In this document: in pieces, positions 58,729-64,000 of the stretch
Numbering within the stretch: the stretch's first letter is position 1
Layout: each line of letters begins with the position of its first letter
Origin: Salinivirgaceae bacterium
GTDB lineage: Bacteria > Bacteroidota > Bacteroidia > Bacteroidales > SZUA-534
Reading direction: 5' to 3'
DNA length: 64,000 nucleotides
Assembly (NCBI GenBank): GCA_024405635.1
Contig: JAKSOL010000004.1
Location: 1-64,000, forward strand
Notes under the pieces: model-generated
Seen by the model: the letters and a program-made list of their open reading frames with translations, nothing else
The model's database searches: none
What the model was told of the DNA's origin: nothing
Position numbers and translations under genes: made by a program

Positions 58729-59748
58729 ATGAGCGTAACAATATTAGGAATTGAGTCGTCGTGCGACGATACATCGGCTGCAATTATTCGCGACGGTGTT
58801 ATTTTATCAAACGTTATTTCGAGTCAAAAAGTTCACGAGCAATATGGCGGTGTGGTGCCCGAATTAGCATCGCGTGCGCATCAGCAAAACATTATTCCAA
58901 CCGTTGATACAGCTATAAAACGCGCTGGAATAACAGCCGAAGACATAAATGCCGTAGCTTTTACTCGTGGACCAGGTTTGCTTGGCTCGTTGTTGGTTGG
59001 AACATCGTTTGCCAAAGGCTTTGCGCTAGGCCGAAACATTCCGCTTATTGAGGTTAATCACCTTCAAGGTCATGTGTTGGCATTGTTTGCTCGTTCGGTT
59101 GAGGACCAACAACCCCTGCCGCAATTTCCGTTTATATGCTTGCTAGTGTCGGGCGGTAACTCGCAACTGCTTGTGGTGCGCGACTATTTAGACATGCAAA
59201 TGATGGGCACAACTATTGACGATGCAGCGGGCGAAGCATTTGACAAGTGCGCCAAGATTATGGAACTGCCTTATCCCGGCGGCCCACTCATCGACAAGAA
59301 CGCAAAACTAGGCAACCCCGATGCTATTAAGTTTGCCAAACCTAACATCGAAGGGTATAACTACAGCTTTAGTGGACTAAAAACCAGCTTTTTATACCAC
59401 TTGCGCGACCAGCTAAAACTTAATCCAAACTACGTGCAAGACAACATGAACGACCTTTGCGCATCGTTGCAAAGCACCATCATAAGCATACTAATGGGCA
59501 AGTTGCATAAGTTGGTAAAAGACACCGGAATACGCCACGTTGGTGTAGCTGGTGGTGTGAGCGCCAATTCGGGTTTGCGCCAAGCTTTGATTGATTATGG
59601 TCAAAAACATAACATTGACATTTACATACCAAAATTTGAATACACAACCGACAATGCAGCCATGGTAGCTGTGGCAGGTTACTATAAATATTTGGGCAAT
59701 CAGTTTACCACTCACGATGTTGCACCACTTGCACGAATGGAAATGTAA
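58729..59748 (+). CDS. tsaD: tRNA N6-adenosine threonylcarbamoyltransferase
   Basis: ILGIESSCDDT, GGVVPELASRAH, HLQGH, DDAAGEAFDK, TDNAAM. Confidence 0.96.
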   Translation: MSVTILGIESSCDDTSAAIIRDGVILSNVISSQKVHEQYGGVVPELASRAHQQNIIPTVDTAIKRAGITAEDINAVAFTRGPGLLGSLLVGTSFAKGFALGRNIPLIEVNHLQGHVLALFARSVEDQQPLPQFPFICLLVSGGNSQLLVVRDYLDMQMMGTTIDDAAGEAFDKCAKIMELPYPGGPLIDKNAKLGNPDAIKFAKPNIEGYNYSFSGLKTSFLYHLRDQLKLNPNYVQDNMNDLCASLQSTIISILMGKLHKLVKDTGIRHVGVAGGVSANSGLRQALIDYGQKHNIDIYIPKFEYTTDNAAMVAVAGYYKYLGNQFTTHDVAPLARMEM

Positions 59749-59780
59749 TTAACTAATTGATAAACATTTAACTTAACAAT

Positions 59781-60638
59781 ATGTCAGAAATAACCAACCT
59801 TCAAGCCATAATAATAGCCATTGTTGAGGGCTTGACCGAGTTTTTGCCAGTGTCGTCAACCGGACACATGATAATAACCCAAGGCATTTTGGGCGTTGAT
59901 AGTACCGAATTTGTAAAAGCATTTACCGTAATTATTCAATTTGGCGCCATTCTGTCGGTTATTTGTTTGTATTGGCAACGTTTTTTTAAGCTCAACAACG
60001 AACCAGTGCCACAAGGCAGCGGTTGGTTAAAAGCGTTATTACACAAGTTCGATTTTTATTGGAAACTGCTAGTTGCGTTTATTCCAGCGGGCGTTATTGG
60101 TTTGGCTTGCAGCGACTACATCGATGCCTTGCTTGAAAGCGTGGGTGTGGTTGCAGTTATGCTTATAATTGGTGGTGTGTTTATGTTGTTTTGCGACCGC
60201 ATTTTCAATCAAGGTTCTGACAATACTGAACTTACTGAGAGTCGTGCATTCAAAATTGGTCTTTTTCAGTGCATTGCAATGATTCCGGGCGTGTCGCGAT
60301 CAATGGCTACTATTGTTGGTGGTATGCAACAAAAGTTGAGCCGTAAAAAGGCTGCCGAATTCTCGTTCTTTTTGGCAGTTCCAACCATGGCTGCAGCTAC
60401 TGGCTACAAACTGCTTAAATTGTTGCTCGCCGATGGTGGCATGCAACTATTGGCCGATAATTTATGGGTGCTTATTATAGGCAATGTGGTAGCATTTGTT
60501 GTAGCACTTGCTGCCATTAAATTCTTTATAGGATTTGTTACAAAATACGGTTTTAAGGCCTTTGGATGGTATCGCATCGTTGCAGGTGCGCTTATTCTTT
60601 TGCTTATGGCTTTGGGCGTAAATCTTACTATTGCTTAA
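59781..60638 (+). CDS. uppP: Undecaprenyl-diphosphate phosphatase
   Basis: EGLTEFLPVSSTGH, PGVSRS, AAEFSFFLAVP. Confidence 0.96.
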   Translation: MSEITNLQAIIIAIVEGLTEFLPVSSTGHMIITQGILGVDSTEFVKAFTVIIQFGAILSVICLYWQRFFKLNNEPVPQGSGWLKALLHKFDFYWKLLVAFIPAGVIGLACSDYIDALLESVGVVAVMLIIGGVFMLFCDRIFNQGSDNTELTESRAFKIGLFQCIAMIPGVSRSMATIVGGMQQKLSRKKAAEFSFFLAVPTMAAATGYKLLKLLLADGGMQLLADNLWVLIIGNVVAFVVALAAIKFFIGFVTKYGFKAFGWYRIVAGALILLLMALGVNLTIA

Positions 60639-60641
60639 CGT

Positions 60642-61439
60642 ATGGAACAATTTTTTAATCAAATAGGTCAATTCAAGAAAAACGCGCAAGGCAAAATCCC
60701 TTCGCTTGCAATTAGCAATGCTTTGTTGCAAAAAATAATCGGTTTGCTTTTCCCCATTTTAATTGAAGACCAAGAAGAAACGTCAGTTGAAAAAAAAGCT
60801 GAAGATGTTAGCGCACTTTTGGCAAAAACACTTGAGCAGCTATCGTATTCGGCAGTTGAGGTTGAGGAAAAAACCCGCGAGTTTATGAGTGCATTGCCAA
60901 GCATATACCAAAACATTTTGCTCGATGCCGAGGCAATTTACATGGGCGACCCTGCAGCCGAGTCGGTTGAAGAAGTGGTGGTTACCTATCCCGGATTTTA
61001 TACCATTATGGTGCATCGCATTGCACATCAACTTTACTTGCAACGCATACCAATTTTGCCACGTTTGTTTTCAGAGCACGCTCATGGCAAAACAGGCATC
61101 GACATTCACCCTGCAGCACAAATAGGCAAATCGTTTTGCATCGACCACGGAACAGGCATTGTGATTGGCGAAACAACCACCATTGGCAACAACGTAAAAC
61201 TATATCAAGGAGTTACACTTGGTGCATTGAGCGTTGACAAAGCCGAGGCAGGAACAAAACGCCACCCATCGATTGAAGATAATGTTACTATTTATGCCGG
61301 AGCAACCATTTTGGGCGGTAAAACTTTGGTTGGGCACAATTCGGTTATTGGCGGCAACGTGTGGCTTACCAGCAGCGTTGAACCATATTCAACAGTATTG
61401 AACCAAAGTGCAGTGTCGGTAAGAAATAAAAAGAAATAA
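60642..61439 (+). CDS. cysE: Serine O-acetyltransferase
   Basis: GDPAA, YPG, TGIDIHP, IDHGTGIVIGET, GVTLG, KRHP hexapeptide repeats. Confidence 0.92.
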   Translation: MEQFFNQIGQFKKNAQGKIPSLAISNALLQKIIGLLFPILIEDQEETSVEKKAEDVSALLAKTLEQLSYSAVEVEEKTREFMSALPSIYQNILLDAEAIYMGDPAAESVEEVVVTYPGFYTIMVHRIAHQLYLQRIPILPRLFSEHAHGKTGIDIHPAAQIGKSFCIDHGTGIVIGETTTIGNNVKLYQGVTLGALSVDKAEAGTKRHPSIEDNVTIYAGATILGGKTLVGHNSVIGGNVWLTSSVEPYSTVLNQSAVSVRNKKK

Positions 61440-61469
61440 ACTGCTGACAATAAGTTATCTTCTAGTAAT

Positions 61470-61976
61470 ATGACTCCACGTTTTCAACGGATATTTATTG
61501 CAGTGCGTTTCACTCCCGAATTTTGTGATGCACTACAAGAAACCCAGCAACGTTTGCAGCAACGCGGAGTGCGCGGCACTTATTGCTCAAGGCAAAATTT
61601 GCATCTTACCCTTGCATTTGTTGGCGAAACCACTCAGATTGATGCGATAAGAGCCGCAGTGAGCCGCATTCAGTTTACTCCATTTGACATAGCAACAAGC
61701 AAACTTGGAGTCTTTGGCAACAGCAGTAAAGTTATTTGGGCAGGCATTGAAGGCGAACAACTGGTTGAGTCCATTGCCAACCAACTTCGTGCCGAACTAG
61801 AGGCAAATGGTGTAAAATTCGACTCCAGACCATTTAAAGCTCATGTGTCATTATTACGCCAACCCTCGTTGCTCATTACCAACGTTGAGGTGCCCCGCGC
61901 AACCATGACCGTAACCCACATCAGCATTATGAAATCGGAGCGCATAAACGGCCAACTGATTTATACCGAGATTTAG
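61470..61976 (+). CDS. thpR: RNA 2',3'-cyclic phosphodiesterase (2H phosphoesterase)
   Basis: RIFIAV start; two Hx(T/S) motifs, HLTL and HVSL. Confidence 0.88.
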   Translation: MTPRFQRIFIAVRFTPEFCDALQETQQRLQQRGVRGTYCSRQNLHLTLAFVGETTQIDAIRAAVSRIQFTPFDIATSKLGVFGNSSKVIWAGIEGEQLVESIANQLRAELEANGVKFDSRPFKAHVSLLRQPSLLITNVEVPRATMTVTHISIMKSERINGQLIYTEI

Positions 61977-62116
61977 TTTTGCTTTAGCAAATAAGTGCAA
62001 AACATTAAAAACAAACAGTTTCCTTAATTATCCGACAAAGGCGTGGTGGCCAATAGTATGGCTTGTTTATGTAGTTTTTCTACATTTGTAACAATTGTGC
62101 AACGTAATTTGATACT

Positions 62117-62184
62117 TATACAAAACCAGAAATAGATTTTTAAACTAACATATTATTAATCACAGCGTTTGCTTATTATTCGGA
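62117..62184 (+). repeat. Non-coding repeat upstream of YhcG copy 1
   Basis: Core TTTAAACTAACAT-ATTATTAATCACAGCGTTTGCT (62139-62173) differs from 63337-63372 by one indel and one substitution. Confidence 0.85.
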
Positions 62185-62191
62185 TAGCCTA

Positions 62192-63316
62192 ATGAATTTC
62201 GACATATTAGTACATAAGATTTCAGTAGTTGAACAAGTTATGCTAAATGAAGTTGTTCATGCTATTAATGTGTCATTAACAGTGCGAAATTGGATATTAG
62301 GCTATTACATTGTAGAATTTGAGCAAAACGGCGAAGACAGAGCTGCTTACGGCCAAAATCTTTTGAAAAATCTTGAACAAAGATTACAGAAAAAGGGATT
62401 GACGGAAAGACGCTTTAGGGAGTTTCGGAAATTTTATTTGACCTATCCTCTATTAGAGTCAGAAATAAGATTGTACGTCGGAACAAATCTAAATCATGAG
62501 ATTCGGCAGATAGCATCCGCCGAATTGGATAGCCTTGGAAATCAAGATGATATGATCCGGCGGACGGCATCCGCCGAATTGGAACAATGGCAAACTGATC
62601 CACACAAAATCTTGTATAAAATTCCTTTTTCGCATTTGTTGATTTTGTGCAAGATTGAAGATCCTTTGAAAAGAGCTTTTTATGAAAGCGAAATCATAAA
62701 AGGATGTTGGTCGTGCTCTGAACTTGAAAGACAAGTAAACTCGCTTTATTTTGAGAGAACCGGATTATCGAAAGACAAAAACAGACTTTCTGAGATTGTC
62801 AATCAAAAGTCAGTTTCTCTACGCCCCAAAGACATAGTGAAGAATCCTCTGACGCTTGAGTTTCTAGGTTTGCAGGAGTCAAATGTTGTTATGGAAAATG
62901 ATTTAGAGAATGCTATTATAAATCATTTGCAGCATTTCCTTCTCGAACTGGGTGACGGATTCTGTTATGAAGCAACTCAAAAACGAATTCTTATCGACGA
63001 CGAATACTTTAAGATAGACTTGGTATTTTACCATCGTATTTTGCATTGCCACGTTTTGGTAGAGTTGAAGACGGATAAGTTTAGGCATGAATATGCTTCG
63101 CAGTTGAACTTGTACCTGAATTATTACAAGAACGAAATTATGCAATCTTCCGACAATCCTCCTATAGGATTGTTGTTGTGTACTGATTACGGTGAAACAA
63201 CTGTACAGTATGCAACCGCAGGATTAGATGAAAACTTGTTTGTTTCAAAATATTTGGTAAAGTTGCCGAGTGTAGATGAAATAAAGAAGTATATTATTGA
63301 AATAAATAAACGGTAA
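62192..63316 (+). CDS. YhcG/DUF1016 family PD-(D/E)xK nuclease
   Basis: RNWILGYYIVEFEQ.G.DRAAYG, WSCSELERQ, FLLELGDGF, IDLVFYHRILHCHVLVELK, QLNLY, DNPPIGLLLC. Confidence 0.92.
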   Translation: MNFDILVHKISVVEQVMLNEVVHAINVSLTVRNWILGYYIVEFEQNGEDRAAYGQNLLKNLEQRLQKKGLTERRFREFRKFYLTYPLLESEIRLYVGTNLNHEIRQIASAELDSLGNQDDMIRRTASAELEQWQTDPHKILYKIPFSHLLILCKIEDPLKRAFYESEIIKGCWSCSELERQVNSLYFERTGLSKDKNRLSEIVNQKSVSLRPKDIVKNPLTLEFLGLQESNVVMENDLENAIINHLQHFLLELGDGFCYEATQKRILIDDEYFKIDLVFYHRILHCHVLVELKTDKFRHEYASQLNLYLNYYKNEIMQSSDNPPIGLLLCTDYGETTVQYATAGLDENLFVSKYLVKLPSVDEIKKYIIEINKR

Positions 63317-63321
63317 AACGA

Positions 63322-63382
63322 TATACAAGAAATAAATTTAAACTAACATGATTATTAATCATAGCGTTTGCTGATATTCTGA
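63322..63382 (+). repeat. Non-coding repeat upstream of YhcG copy 2
   Basis: Core TTTAAACTAACATGATTATTAATCATAGCGTTTGCT with internal dyad ATGATTA-T-TAATCAT. Confidence 0.85.
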
Positions 63383-63391
63383 AATCATTAC

Positions 63392-64000
63392 ATGGATAAG
63401 AAACCACAAATACAAGATTCTCGTTACGATGCTCTAGTAAAGCAAATCTCGGAGTTAGTTGCATTATCGAAGCAAAAGGCTATGCATGCAGTTAATTCTG
63501 CCTTGGTGGAGATGAATTGGAATATTGGAAAATATATTGTGGAGTTTGAACAGAACGGTAACGCAAGGGCGGAATATGGTGCAAAACTGATACCTCAGCT
63601 TTCAAGAGACTTGACGCTTCTATTAGGAAACGGTTATTCAAAAAGTAACTTGGCAAATATGAGGCTGTTATATCTTCGATTTCCAATTTTCCAAGCAGTG
63701 CTTGGAAAATTAAGCTGGACTCAATTGCTTGAAATCATTCCAATAGATAATGAGTTAGAAAGGAATTTCTATACTATTGAAGCTATAAATAGAAATTGGA
63801 GTTACAGACAAATACACGAACAAAAAACTCGTGGCCTTTTTTATCAGTTGGCAACATCAAAAGAGGCATGTGATATTCTTTCTCTTTCCAATAATGGATT
63901 ACAGATAACACAACCAAAGGATGTAGTCAAGGATACTTATTTCTTTGATTTCCTAAGTCTCAAGACTCCCGATTATAGCGAAGGAGATTTAGAAGATGCT
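63392..64000 (+). CDS. Second YhcG/DUF1016 family protein (truncated by the window end; absent from the ORF track)
   Basis: Manual translation from ATG 63392 is open to 64000: MDKKPQ...VNSALVEMNWNIGKYIVEFEQNGNARAEYG...LSWTQ...ERNFY...WSYRQ...KDVVKDTYFFDFL. Confidence 0.9.
   Translation, partial: MDKKPQIQDSRYDALVKQISELVALSKQKAMHAVNSALVEMNWNIGKYIVEFEQNGNARAEYGAKLIPQLSRDLTLLLGNGYSKSNLANMRLLYLRFPIFQAVLGKLSWTQLLEIIPIDNELERNFYTIEAINRNWSYRQIHEQKTRGLFYQLATSKEACDILSLSNNGLQITQPKDVVKDTYFFDFLSLKTPDYSEGDLEDA

Noticed and set aside
301-63686. Numerous 60-200 aa ORFs overlapping the major genes on either strand
   Set aside because: All lie largely within well-supported genes and lack family motifs or independent start signals

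Overview
A 64 kb chromosomal window from a Bacteroidota (Bacteroidales-like) bacterium. The assignment rests on TAnnTTTG -7 promoters, the T9SS genes sprA/porQ, a type-B CTD protein and plant-glycan CAZymes (GH10-CE1 fusion, GH9). Most of the window is housekeeping: ruvA, tyrS, dxr, rseP, trmO, deoC, mutS, mreBCD-mrdA-rodA, purH, tamB-like, tsaD, uppP, cysE, thpR. Two accessory regions stand out. (1) About 45.1-54.15 kb, just downstream of tRNA-Asn, is a type IC-like restriction-modification operon with three extra genes: hsdM, VbhA/Fic/HTH, BroN/Fic (class III), hsdS, HUH(Y1)-SLOG-like fusion, hsdR. Its backbone is almost free of CpG in an otherwise CpG-rich host, and the few CpGs mark apparent insertions, including two REP-like elements translated in frame inside hsdR. 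The class III fic gene is flanked by 31-bp direct repeats that each span a stop codon, an AGGAGG and the next start codon, like a swappable operon cassette. (2) From about 62.1 kb to the end are two divergent YhcG/DUF1016 nuclease genes in tandem. Each is preceded by a near-identical 35-65 bp non-coding sequence and carries in-frame 27-bp DNA palindromes at the equivalent position. All calls come from reading motifs by eye; no database searches were run.
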